Translations under genes and position numbers: made by a program
Source: Lama guanicoe
Lineage: Eukaryota
Reading direction: 5' to 3'
Length of the DNA: 64,000 nt
NCBI GenBank assembly: GCA_013239625.1
Contig: MU053594.1
Location: 522,355-586,354, forward strand
The notes under the pieces: generated by a model
Databases searched by the model: none
What the model was told of the DNA's origin: nothing
Seen by the model: only the letters and a program-made list of their open reading frames with translations
Part shown: positions 1-12,645 of the stretch, in pieces
Layout of the letters: each line of letters starts with the position of its first letter
Position numbering within the stretch: position 1 is the stretch's first letter

Positions 1-1199
1 GGCTGCCCACGTGCTTGATTTTGAACTGAACAGTCAGTCTGGTGTTTGATGTGGTTAATGTCTGGTGGAGACTATATTGAACATGTACTGGTCTGTCTGC
101 TTTTTAATCAAATTTAGTGTGGATTTGATTTCGGCACGGCGTGATCTGAGCGCCCACAGCCAGTGCCTTTGAACGTACAATGTAAGCTGCGGGAGGAATG
201 GCTGTCAGTCTGCTCTCCAGCCCTGCTGCTTGGGTTTGCTGTCGCATTTTTTATCCAGCGTGACTAGGTATTTATTTGCGGTTGGGAACCATCTGTCACC
301 TCGAACAGGGAAGGCATGCAAACTCCTACAGCAAGTTCTCTCTTGTCATACTCACTTTCTGGCTGGCGATGGGAGGTGAGGAATTCCAAATGTTCGTATC
401 TGGGGCCAAGCTTCTGGGGTGCTTTGCCAAGGGTGCCGGAGTCCTCTGCGTATCTTCTTTAAATAATTAAGATAAGTTATCGGCGAAAACTTTTGGCTGA
501 GAAGATGAGTAAGGTCAGCCTCGGAGAGAGCCCTTTCGAGGAAGGAGATCAGGGCAAATCAGGCGTGGACTGAGATGAAATGCCAGTCCCTGAACAGAAA
601 GTGAGGACCAGGCGGAGGTCTCGCAGTGGAGAAGGTGGTTTGCAGGCTGAACAACTTCAGTTCATGGTTAGACTTCAAAGACCTTCAAGGTCAAATTTTC
701 TCCCTTTTTTGTTACGTTTTTTCCCTACACTGAGGAGGAAACAGGGGCCTAGAGAATTGAGATGCATAGCCTGAAGTCACATAGCTAATTAGTTAAGGTC
801 AACGGAAAGCTGACTGTATCTCTGTGGGGTTGGGAGTAGAGGCAGGAGAGAGGGCGATCCTTTAAAGGGAACCTCAAAGGGTGGCAGTGGGCTTGGTGGA
901 GGATGCCCCAGCAGGCAGAGGGGAGCCGGGCTTTAAGCATGAAGGAATGTATGGCTCCTTTTCATCATCTTGGCCTCTGTTAAGTTCTGGGGATTTTCTA
1001 GATAAAGACTTTTTTGTTTTTTGGGGTTTTTTTTGCTGGTGGTAACTTGGGAAGTTTTCTTTAAGTAGGTAAAATTAAGGAACTCTACAGGAAAGAATGC
1101 AGTGACTTCTCAAAACAGGCTCAAAGGAACACATTTAGACCTAGGCTGATACTGACCACTGAATTACATCTCTAACCCTCACAGTGTATGTCAGGAGGT

Positions 1200-1635
1200 T
1201 TAGTGGGTTGAATGGTGGCCCCCAACAGATACGTCTATGTTCTAACCCCTGAACACGTGAATTTGACCTTAGTTGAAAAAATGGTCTTTGAAGACATGAT
1301 TAAGTTCAGGATCTTGAGATAAGGTCATCCTGGACTTAAAGGGCCCTAAATCCAATGACAAGTGTCCTTATGAGAGAAAGGAGAGGGAGGCTTGAGACAC
1401 ACACACATATGAGAAGGCCATGTGAAGACGGGGCAAAGACCGTCATGATGCTGCCGTTAGCCAGGGCCACCTGGAGCCATCAGATGCTGAAGGGTCAAGG
1501 AAGGATTCTCCCCTAGAGGGGTCATGGCCCTGCTGACAGTTTGATTTCAGACAACTGGCCTCCAGACTTGTCAAAGAATAAATTTCTGTTGTCATAAACC
1601 ACAAGTTCTTTACAGCAGTCCTAGGAAGTTAATAC
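1200..1635 (+). mobile_element. MLT1-type (ERVL-MaLR) solo LTR
   Basis: gggttgaatggtggccccc...ggccatgtgaagac...agaataaatttctgttg...acagcagtcctagga hallmarks. Confidence 0.85.
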
Positions 1636-4600
1636 TGGTGTTGTGGGGGGGGCCTTTTGATTTCTCTGTTTCATCTGAAGCCTTAACTTTCTGTTACCTG
1701 TGGACTTCAGCACCACTGAGTCTAAATCAGACCATCTCTGACTCTAAATCTACGAATCTAAATATATATATACATATTTATAATCACATGCAGCATATAG
1801 TAAGGGCTCATTAAATGTACCCTACCCTGATTTCCCCTTTGAAAATGTCAAATTAGTGGGGTCACCAAGTAATTTATTGCTCAAACGGAACCATTTTAAG
1901 AATGAAAGGGAGGCGGTTGATAATTACACCAGGAACAGGCTCCCCATGAAAACTGGCCACCCCGTGGGAGGACCCTCAGTTTACACATCAGGGTATGGAT
2001 AACAGGTTCAGGTTCTCGTCCTGTTAGGAAGCCATGAAAGGCTTTAGGCAAGAAACATGTCGACGACTCACTGGGATCTTTCCAAACAACGAACTGGAAG
2101 AAAAATAAATCACAGGAAAAATACACATGCATCTTTTGGCCATTCGAGCCCTGCTTTAAGGGATGGTCATTCTCCCAAACTGAAGGGTGAGGAAGTTCCC
2201 ATTTGCCCCCCTGGTTTACTCCTGTCTGCTCAGTGCTAGGCCACCATAACCTGGATGCCTATGAGCAAACAGCAGGGGACAGAGGCTGGGAAGAATCGAA
2301 GAGCCACAGGAAGGATGGGCAGTTTTCAGAGACGACCTGTCCTCCAGCCTCGGGCCAGTCAGGCAGAGACGCTGCCCTCTGCTTTTCCACTGGCCTTTTT
2401 CTCTGCAAGAAATGCCCAGCAAACTCCAAGTGTTGAAACTCAAATGTCCTGTCGATGGTTCCTGCACGCTCCAGATCCCTTTTTGAAATGAATATGAAAA
2501 CTTATACATTGAACTTCGAGGACATGTCTCAACATCCCAGAATTTTGAGGTAGCTGCCTCAGCTGTTCAGTGTTTGGTCCCCAGTCAGCCATTTTCCATA
2601 TTCAGTGGGTCCTGAGGCTGGACAGGACTTTCCAATAAAACAAGTTGACTCTATGAACCAAGGGCCACGGGTCCCCTCCTTCCTAATTGAAGCCCCTTTA
2701 CAAAGACCACAGGGAAACCTAGTGATTCTGCAAAACTGGGTTTTTTAAAACACGTTGAGAAAGGAAGCATCATCCTGACAGAGTCTAAGTCGTGGCTCAA
2801 AAGGAGAAGGTTAGTGGGCTTTTGTGATCGGATGGTTTTAAGGGAGAAGTTAGTGAGGTCTGGGCAAGGATTGGTTAGAAGTAGTCAACCAAGGGACCTG
2901 TTGGCATGGTCAGTGGTTTCATCTTTGGAACTTGAGTTCGTATGGAATTCCTGTTAAATCATTTCCCCTATGATCTTATTATGAAGCCTCAGGTCTGTGT
3001 GAGCTGGTGTTAATATATTTTGATCTTAGTTTGTATTTCAAAACATGGTTTCATAGAATGCATCTGTTTTGCAAGTCATAGTAAGATTTATGTATATATA
3101 TGTGTGTGCGTGTGCGTGTGCGTGTGTATAATCAGTTTATAATGTGTCAATTTCTGGTGTATAGCACAATGCTTTAGTCATACACGAACATACATATACA
3201 CCAATTTATGTAACACTCGTTTAGAAAATCCCTTCGGAAAAAGGCAGGATGAAAGTGAAGGGCAGTTCCAGATGAAATGAAGGAATTGGAGACTTGGGAA
3301 CTTGGGAGATGGGGAAACAGGGAAGGAAGGGAGGAGGAGGAAGCCCTGTTTATGGGAACCCACCCCTCTGTGGGCATCTTGAGTTCTGTCCTATTTCTTC
3401 AGTGTGGACAAGAGCGCTTCTCCTTTACCTCCTGCTCTTTCTATCTCCTCACCTACTTCCTTCCTTTCTCCCAAGAAAGGGAGATGGATGGTTGTGATTT
3501 TTCTCCCTTCCTCTCCTCCTGGATTTTCACAGAGATGAGACTCCAAGGTGCTTCCAGGAGTCAGCCAGACCCGTCCCTTTGTTCCTGAATAATGATCCCC
3601 AGGTTGGGAAACTGATCAGAAATCAAACTCTGCTCAGAGCCCAGAGCAAGTGCTTGTACTGATAAACTCCGTTTTTCTCTCCTGTAGTCTTTTTTGAATA
3701 CAAAATATGTATTCCAGGCTCAGGGAGCCCAAAGGAAAATTCACAGAAAAGAAACAGAAAATGAAGTTGAGCCATCACCTCGTTCAGAAGTCATCCTTGA
3801 GAACAGATGAGAACCCTTCCTCTAGAATAACCAGAGGAGACTCTCCCCGATTTCTACTCCTCTTCCAGCCAGTTTCCCTTCCTTTCCCCACACTGCAGCC
3901 AGTCTCTTAACCCAGAAGCAACAGCCAGCTCTCTGGTCAAAGAGCTACAGTCCTTCTTTATTCCTGGATCTCCTCTTTTATTGTGAGGACCCTGGCTTTG
4001 GAAACATATCTGCTTTGGCTCCTGGCCATTATCTGCTGAGGTCACCTGAGGAGGTGGGTGCTGTCATCACGGCCACCAGCCTGTGAGGGCCTGTCCTGAG
4101 GCTCATCCAACCCCAGCTCCAGGAGGCAAACTGCAGATGGATCTTCTATTTTTAGATCCTGGGACATTGCCCGTGAACGAGCCAGTGACCTGGAAGAGCC
4201 AGTTCTCCCTCCAGTCTCTATTTCTGACTCCCTCATGTTCTACCAGAATTTCCCTCTGTCTGTGGGACTGGGGTGCAATGACCCAGAGTTGACTGAGCTG
4301 GACCTTGGTCGGGGCAAACGGACCTGGGTGTTTCAGGCACCTGTGAAGGCTGCTGCTACAAAGACTGGTTTTAGGCATAACACACTGGGCTGCATGTCAC
4401 ATCAGGGTCTCCAAAAGTTTTCATCATGCTTTCCTATCAGTAAAACATTTTTAAGCATACACTCCAGTTTTTGCTTGCATATTTATTCATAAATTCTAAA
4501 TGTGTATGTTTATAATTATATAAATATATATGTTATAAAGCTTATACAGAAAATAGGAAATTTATAGACTGAGATAGTGCTAACAGATTAGAAGTTCTTA

Positions 4601-4814
4601 CATCCTTCTCCTGTCCTGCATTGGTCTTTTGGCACAAACTGCTGTGGAAATCACCACCTTGTGTAGCGAAATGAGAAAATGTCCTTTGAAGACGTTTGCC
4701 TGGAGCTGCAGTCCTAGTTATTGTCAATCTGAGGAATAATGGAAAAGGGTTTTGTTGACCAAAGGATTTTTCTCTTTCCCGATAAATAGCGATATATGAA
4801 AATTCGATCACATT

Positions 4815-5140
4815 TTGGGTATTGGGAATAATGCTATTATGAACAGACAAATAAAAACTTGTTAAAGTTCTATTTTCAGTCTTCTTGGGTCTGTACCTAG
4901 AAGTGGAATTCTTGGATCATGTGATAATCCTATGTTTAACTTTTTGAGGAAATGCCAAAACGTTTTCCACAGCGGCTGCACCATTTTACATTCCCGCCAG
5001 CAATGCACAGGGTTCCATTTTATCCAAATCCTTGCCAACCCTGTGTTCCGTTTTTTTTTTTTTTTAATCGCAGCCATCCTAATGGGTGTGATGTGATATC
5101 TTATTGTGGCTTTGATTTCCTTTTCCCTAATGACCAGTGA
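4815..5140 (-). mobile_element. L1 ORF2 3' fragment
   Basis: tacctagaagtggaatt...ttccacagcggctgcaccattttacattcc...gccatcctaatgggtgtg. Confidence 0.85.
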
Positions 5141-5159
5141 TGTGGTGTACTGTATTTTT

Positions 5160-8100
5160 AAACTGATTTTTTTTCAGTTGGCATCCTTATTTTTCCAAAT
5201 GAATTGTAGAATTATTTGTCAATTTCTTAAAAAAAATTCAGCTGACATTTTAATTGAGTTGCATGGATTTTATAGATTAATTTGAGAAAAAACAGAGCTC
5301 TCCATTTATTCATCTTCTTTGTATCTTTTAAACAAGTTTTAAAAAATTTAATAGAGCTTGAAACTTAAGCCCTTAGAAGTGTGCACACTCTGTATTGGCT
5401 TACTTCCTAAATATGTTAGAGATTTTGTTGCTATTGTGATAATATCTTAACTCCTATTTTCTAGATAATTATTACAGGTCTTCAGAAATGCTAGTGATTT
5501 TTGTAGATTGATTTTGTATCCAGCCCGCACGTTGAAATGTAATTAGATCTCACGGTTTGTCTTCGGATCCATTGGAATTCCACATTCATGAGCATGCAAA
5601 TTGCAAATAATAACAATTTTATCACTTCTCCTTCAATTCGTACAAACTTATTGTGGTTGCCAATATTATGATTATTAAAAGTCTTGTCTTATAGCATTAG
5701 CTAGGATACCCACAAACGGTGATAGTAAACACTCCATCTAATGTCTCATCTTCTCCATTGAGTATATTTACTGTATATTTTGGGTATAGATTCTGTATTA
5801 AGGTAAGAGAGTTCCCTTTTATTCCTATTTTTTTTCTGTGAGTTTTTAATCATAAACATATGTGTGATTTTTATTAAATCCTTTTTTCTGTCTATTTGAG
5901 ATATCATTGGATTTTTCTTCTCTGGTCTGGTGTGTAAATTATATTCCACAATTTCTTTTGTCAAATGATCTTTGCATTACTGAAGTACACCTTACTCAAT
6001 CATGATGTATTACTTTTTATATTTTATTTAAGATTTTGGGAGCTATAAATGGAAAAGAGCTGCTCTTTGATTTTCTTCTCCTATTCTTTTCAGGGCTTGG
6101 GAATTAAACTGATGTGGATCTGATAGAATGAGCTGGGTGGCTTTCACTCTTTTTCTACTTTCTGAAGCAAGTTCTTCCAGAGATGAGTAGCTGTTTTTGG
6201 AAATATCATCTGTAAATCCATCTGACCTAAGGCCTTTCCTCCCCTTACATATAAGGGTGTGTATGTTTTTGTTGTTGTTTTTAATCTTTTCAATTTCTTT
6301 ACTTGCTACTGACTTCTTCAAATTTCCTAATTTTTATTGGATCAGTTTTATATTTTATATACATTTTAAATATTTTAGTAGAAGTTTAATATATCTTATC
6401 TTAATTTTTTTATTAGTGAATAGCTATTCATAATATTCTTTTATAGTGTCTTTAATCTCTTTTGTGTCCGTAAGTATTTTGGTTTTTTTTTAATTTTGAA
6501 TTTTGTATATCTGCATCTTTTTTTCCCTTGATAAGATTTTGATGGAAGTTAGTGCATCTAAGGAATGTTTTCAAAGACCCAGCTTTTGGTTTGGTTATTC
6601 TTGTCTATTTTGTAGTTGCTATCACTGTGGTCCATTTATTTATTGAATTCTGCCCTTATTTTTTTTCTTTCTGGCTGTTTCTTTGTATTTGATCTGTTGT
6701 TCATTCTCTAAGCTCTTGAGTTAAAACCTTAGCTCATTTGTTTTCAATTGTCATTTGTTTTTCCTGATAAATATGTTCAGAACTATAAGTGTTACTCTTT
6801 AGGCTGCTTTAGCTCTCTCTCTTAAATTCTGGCATGCATTTTTCTCAGTATCATTCCATTCCAAGTATTTAATAATTTCCTCTATATCTCCTCATTAACC
6901 CAAGAATTATTTAGTATTATGTCATTTGCTTTCTAGATGTACACGGCTTTACCGTGGTTGTATTAATACCTTATCATTTTAATCCATGTGTTAAGATAAT
7001 AACGTGTATGATGTTGATTTTGGGGACTGCTCTCCCTCCTTGTGATCTGGTAAATGGTGAATTGTTTAAATGTTCCATGTGTGCTCAAAAAACATACTTT
7101 CTCCATTTGCTGGTTCTTGTTGTAAAGTTCTTTCCATTTCCCATGTAATTATTTTAAATTTGTGAATCACTCCATTTGAATATTCTCTATGATTGCTTAT
7201 CATTTGTCTGTTTGTTCTATCATTTCTCAGATGGTTGCAAAAAAGTTTTTAATTGTAATTCATATGTTTTTCTCTGAAGTTATGTTGTTCTAGTTTATAT
7301 ATTGAAGCTATGGTTTTAAGGGTGTGTATATGTATACAATTGTTATATCTTTCTGATTTTGATTTCTTTAGAAACATCTTTCTATGATTTTTTTGGCCTT
7401 GAATTCAATTTTATTTGATATTAAATTTGCTCCCCAATTTATTTGGTTCAAAAGTACCTCATATAACTTTCCATCTTTTTATTTGTGACTTTTCTATCAT
7501 CTTTTGTTTTATAAATATTCCTTTTAGAAAAACATATTGCTGAATATGGCTTTTAAAAAAAAATCCAATGTGTGTCTATCTTTTGTATTAGTAAGTTTAA
7601 TTCATTACAAATTGTTAGTTTCCTAGGACTCCCCTTACAAAGTACCACAAACTGGGTGGCTGGAAACAACAGAAATGTGTTGTCTAAAAATTAAGATGTC
7701 AGTAGGACATGTTCCCTTCTGAAACCCCCGGGAAAATCTTCCCTAGTCTCTTGCTGGCTTCTTGTACTATACTGGAGATCTTTGGCATTTCTTGGCCTGC
7801 AGCTAGATAATTCCAATCTCTGCCTTTGTTATTATGTGGCATCCTCCCCCTGTGTCTCTGAGTTCCCATAGCTGTCTTTTTATAAGGTGGATTAGGGACC
7901 CACCCTTCTTCAGTATAACCGCATCTTAATTTAGCTAATTACACCTGCAACAGCTCTATGTCCCGATAAGCTTGCATTGTGAGATACTGGGATTTAGAAC
8001 TTCAATATGTTTTCTTTGTGTATTGAGGGGGCACAATTCAATCTATGATACAAATCATGTAGCTAATTTTACACTAGTGTTTATTCCAGTCATCTTATTT

Positions 8101-9540
8101 CTAATTTATGCTTACCATATTTTACTTTTCTTTCTTTGCTTTTTCCCTTTTTTATCTTTCATTGGATAGAATTTTCTTCTATTGGTGTGAAAACTCTTAA
8201 TTCTATTTTTATGCCTTTTAGTAGTTATATTTAACTTACTAAAAATCATATTTATGTTTTTCTCATTAATTCTCTATCAGTGCACATACATGTTTCTCTA
8301 TAACAAAATAAGTATACTTTCAGCTTCCACTAGTCTCATTTTGCGACAAGTATTTTTTCATCCATCACGTATGAGTCATGTTGGTGTTGCCCAAAGCGCA
8401 TTTCCAGGTGGCTATTAATGTTTTTGATATTTTCTCTCTCTTTCAGTCTCTCTCTCTCTAGCACTTCTTGTCCCTCTTTTTTCCAATACCAAAATTATTT
8501 CTTAAGTTATTCACCCATTATCATTTGATTTTTATCTCATAGCAGTCTCGTGGATTTATTCCTCTTCTAACTGGAGAATAATCTCTAAGCATGTTTTCAA
8601 AGAGTGTTTTGTATATTAACTTCCTTGAACCTTCTATGCTTGAGATTATTTTCATGGCATATTTAAATCTTTACTTTTGTTGAACATAGATTTTTGGTTT
8701 AAAGTCTGCTAACACTTTGAGAATATTATATGTCTGTCTTTTTGCCTCTGTTGTAACTGTTGAACAGAAACTGCAAGTCTATCAGATTCTTATTCCTTTA
8801 TGAGTTGGTATCTCTTTTTCTTCAGCAGCTTTTAGGGTTTTTGCCTTTGTCTTCGTGTTTTTAAATTTCCTTATGTGTCTAGGTAGGAGCTTTAGTGTGT
8901 CTGTCTTATTAGGCATTCCGTGAGCCCTTTTAGTCTGTCATCTTTCATCTTTCTTTGATCCTGGAAAATCCTTGGTTATTTATTTATTTTTCTTTAACAC
9001 ATTCTTTTTAAATTTCTTTCTTTTCTTTTCTTTTTTTTTTGAGTTGTATGTATTTTATTTCTTTCTTTTCTTCAAGGCTTCCTATTATACAGATGGTGAT
9101 ACCTGTATTTTTATTGGCATATTTTTATTTTTGCTAATTTGTAATTCTGTTATATTTTCCACCTCTTTATTCCTTCCCACTGTCTTCTGAGACCCCATCA
9201 ACCATCAATCCAGCTCACCTGTCTCTGTTCCAGTGTAATTCATTTTTATTACTTGCATCATGTACTGAATTCTTTAGTTCAATGGTTAAATTTTTCATAT
9301 CCAGTGTTTCTATTTGATTCTTTTTATAACTACTTTTTTTTGCTTCATTTTACCATTATCCTTCCTTTTCTTTATTTATTATGCTATTTTCAGTTATTAA
9401 TCAGTTTATTCCATTAGTTCTAATTAATCTTGTATTGATTGTACAGTATGTTGTCTTTCTCTCAGAGTGGTGCTGCTTCTTGGATAGCTAATAATTTCTG
9501 CCATGAGTTCTTTTTCCACTGGGAATATTAGCTATCTTGT
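5160..9540 (-). mobile_element. Old degraded L1 (L1M/L1ME-like), interrupted by an MLT1
   Basis: Long T-rich tract with antisense L1 ORF2 motifs (gattttgtatccagc, ctatttgagatatcattgg). Confidence 0.75.
7612..8050 (-). mobile_element. MLT1-type solo LTR
   Basis: acaaagtaccacaaactgggtggct...ggattagggacccaccct...gggcacaattcaa. Confidence 0.8.
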
Positions 9541-9621
9541 CTTGAATTGTTACTGAAGATGAGACCAAGACCTAGGCCTCCACATGAGCTGCTCCTTTGG
9601 GGTTGAGAAGGACATGGGGTT

Positions 9622-9725
9622 GAGGGCGAGTATAGGTCAGTGGTAGAGCGCATGCTTAGCATGCATGAGTCCTGGGTTCAATCCCCAGTACCTCCATTTA
9701 CAAATAAATAAAATAAATAAATAAA
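9622..9725 (+). mobile_element. tRNA-Ala-derived camelid SINE (Vic-1-like)
   Basis: tcagtggtagagcgcatgcttagcatgcatgagtcctgggttcaatccccagtacctcc plus (aaat)n tail; A and B boxes present. Confidence 0.85.
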
Positions 9726-12189
9726 AGAAGGTGGTGGAGCAATGAGAGGCACACACAGCCTGGGCCAGCCCTCCCCACGTTACTAACTTCTTACTAGAGA
9801 CCCTACTTATTGGGAGTAAGGCAGAGTCCTGAGCCCTCCTGTTTCCTGAGGACGGTGTCTCCCTGATTTGTAACCGGCAAGTTCTGTGAGAGCAGAGGGT
9901 TGAGAAGGAGAGCTCTCCCAAGGCGCCTGGTTTTCCCACCTTTCCCCCCCAAGCAGGTTCAGGTATTTCAACGTTTCTCCCACTCATTCTATCCTGTAGG
10001 GGCTGAGAGGCGCCGCGATGCACCCGGGACAGCATGGTGGAAGCACGGCAAAGGCCCTCTCCCTGCAGTGGTGCCTGAGTCGTTTCTGCTCTGAGCCGCG
10101 CTCTCCTCCTCACATCAGGTCATAATCACTCTCTGTCTCCCTAGGGTTCCTTACCGTCTTTACTTTGGTTCTTCAAATCTATGCTTTTCTGTTTACTTCT
10201 GAGTATCCCCAGGGTTGGAATAGAGGAGAGAAAACATGGAGCCCATTGTCAGCTTTACATCTCCACTGACTGCCTTTCTTCCCTCCCACCCCCGCCCCGC
10301 CTCCGGGGAAACACTGTGCCCATCTTCCAGCTGCCCGTTCAGGCAACAGGTGTGTTGCTGTTACCTACCTTTGCTCTGCTAGACTAGATGTTGTGTCTTC
10401 ATCTACTTTCCATCTTCAAAACCATCCTAAACCTTCCAATCTACTATTGACTCCTCCAGGCAATATATTACCCAGATGTGTTTATACTTCTTTTCTTCTG
10501 CTTTACTTTCACATTTGCAGGATATCAGGAAGTAGAGAAAGAGAAGCATTTGGTCCATATGTCATGTTTAAACAACAGTCTCCCAACATCAAATATTTAG
10601 ATAGCTGAACTGATGCTCAAGTTCATTTAGAAGAAGAAATATGGAAGGACACTCAAGAAAGTTTTGAAAAGAGAAGGGACTTCATTTATTACCACATACT
10701 ACAGAGCAATAGGAACTAAAACACCATAGCATTGGCGCAAGAGAAGAAATAACATAGGTTATTACAATAGAGTATAGATTTGAGAAGGAGTTGAATATAT
10801 GCATTTAGTTTGTGAATAGGAATAAGCATTTCAAATCAGTAAGGAAATGGTGAACTATTCCATATTTGTTACAGGGACAACTAATTGTTTAAAAATAAAG
10901 TTAATATGGATCCCTGTTATGGCTTGGATTGTGTCTTCCTAAAAGATATGTTGAAATCCTTACCCTTGGTACCTGTGAATGTGACTGAAGGTTAACTTCT
11001 ATGTCAACTTAGCTAAGCTCAAAAGTTGCCTCCTCCAGGTAGTCTTCCCAGACTGATCCCACTAAACTCCCCTGTCTTCCAGCTACCTGTCAGTCCTGCT
11101 ATGCCCGTTACAAGGCTATGATATAGGTATTATGACCTCTGTCATATGCCGTCCTATGTACGCCAAAACTTGAATGTTCACATCAGTGTTCTTCCTGATA
11201 GGCAAAAAACGAGAACACCCCAAATATTCATGAATGAATGAATGACTGAATGAATGAATAAACAAAATGCAGTCTACCCATACAATGGAATATTCTTCGG
11301 TCACACAAAGGAATGAAGTACTAATTCATGTGTGGGGCTCCTGTATTCCATTCCTATTGTGAATGCCCCAAGAACAGGGCCTGCCTGAGGCTTCCTCATC
11401 TGTGTTTCCCTTCTCTTCCCAGCTCTGCTGCCTCTGGAATCTGGGAGACAAGAGCTTACCACCAGGGAGGTTGCTTCTGACCTGGCCACCTGCCAGGTCC
11501 ACCACAATGTGGTGGATACAGGAAGAGAAGGGGTCCTCCTAGAACAGGACTTAGGTCCTCCAAGGGGTTTAGCAATTGTGTCTGCAAAATAATGCAGGAA
11601 GGGGAAGCCCTGGACCAGCTTGCATGGGAATCCTCTTCCCCATTCCATCCTCACAGATAAAAGTCTAACCAAGCATCAAGGCAACATGCATACCCACTCT
11701 TCATCCTCTTCCCTTGCCTCCATTCGTTTGTCTTCTGGTCAACCTCCAGTTCAGATGGGGCTCCCAAGAATCAATGACTCTCTAGAAGCGGCATCTATGT
11801 GGAGGGCATGCTGGACCGGGATCCTGATGACCAGGGTTCTGCTTCCCACTCCATCACTTCTCAGTTGTGTGTCCTGAGGAAAGGACCTTCAGTTTCCTCA
11901 TCTATAAAATACTAGAAAGTAAGGTCCTTCTGAGCCTCAGAGCACCGAACGTGGTGCCTGGACATAGCAGGTGAGTAGAATGCTGTCACTTATTTAAATG
12001 TTGCCTAAGACCTACCTCACTTACCTTACAGGGTTGTTTTGAATATCTAATGAGGTTATGCCAGTAAAAGAGCTTGAGAACTCAAAAGCCTCGCAAAGGC
12101 TTTACAGTAGTCATGGATGGCCAAGACCATCCTTGCCCTGGATAAACGGTGGACAAAGATTGGTTTGGTTTTACACAAGCTAGCAGATG

Positions 12190-12645
12190 GTCACAGCAGC
12201 TTTATATGTCTTTTATATCTTGAGTTTTGTAGTCACCAAGAATTGGAAACAACTCAAATGGCCATCAGTAGGTGAGCGGATAAACAAATTGTGGTGAAGC
12301 TGTACAAAGGAATGCAATTCAGTAATAACAGGATGAAATTACTGATGCAGAGAACATGCTCAATAATTTCATTCATATAAAAGTCTAGAAAAAGCAGACT
12401 CATTTGTAGGGACATAAGACACACCAGTGGTTGTCTGATGGAGGCAGAAGAAGATGGAGGCGGAAGGAAGGATGGATGACAAAGGGGCACCGGGGAGCTT
12501 TTGAGTGTGATGGAAATATTTGTTATCTTGATTATGGTGATCATTTCACTGGTGCACACAGATGTCAAAATTCATCAAGTTGTGCACTTTAATTATGTGC
12601 AGTGTATTATACTTCAATTAGACCTCAATGAAGCTGTTAAAAAGA
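12190..12645 (+). mobile_element. L1ME-type 3' end
   Basis: aaacaactcaaatggccatcagtaggtg...gtcaaaattcatcaagttgtgcactt...acctcaatgaagctgtt. Confidence 0.8.

Noticed and set aside
9622..9697. Functional tRNA-Ala gene
   Set aside because: AT-rich tail, multiple diverged copies and TSDs on some copies show it is a SINE.
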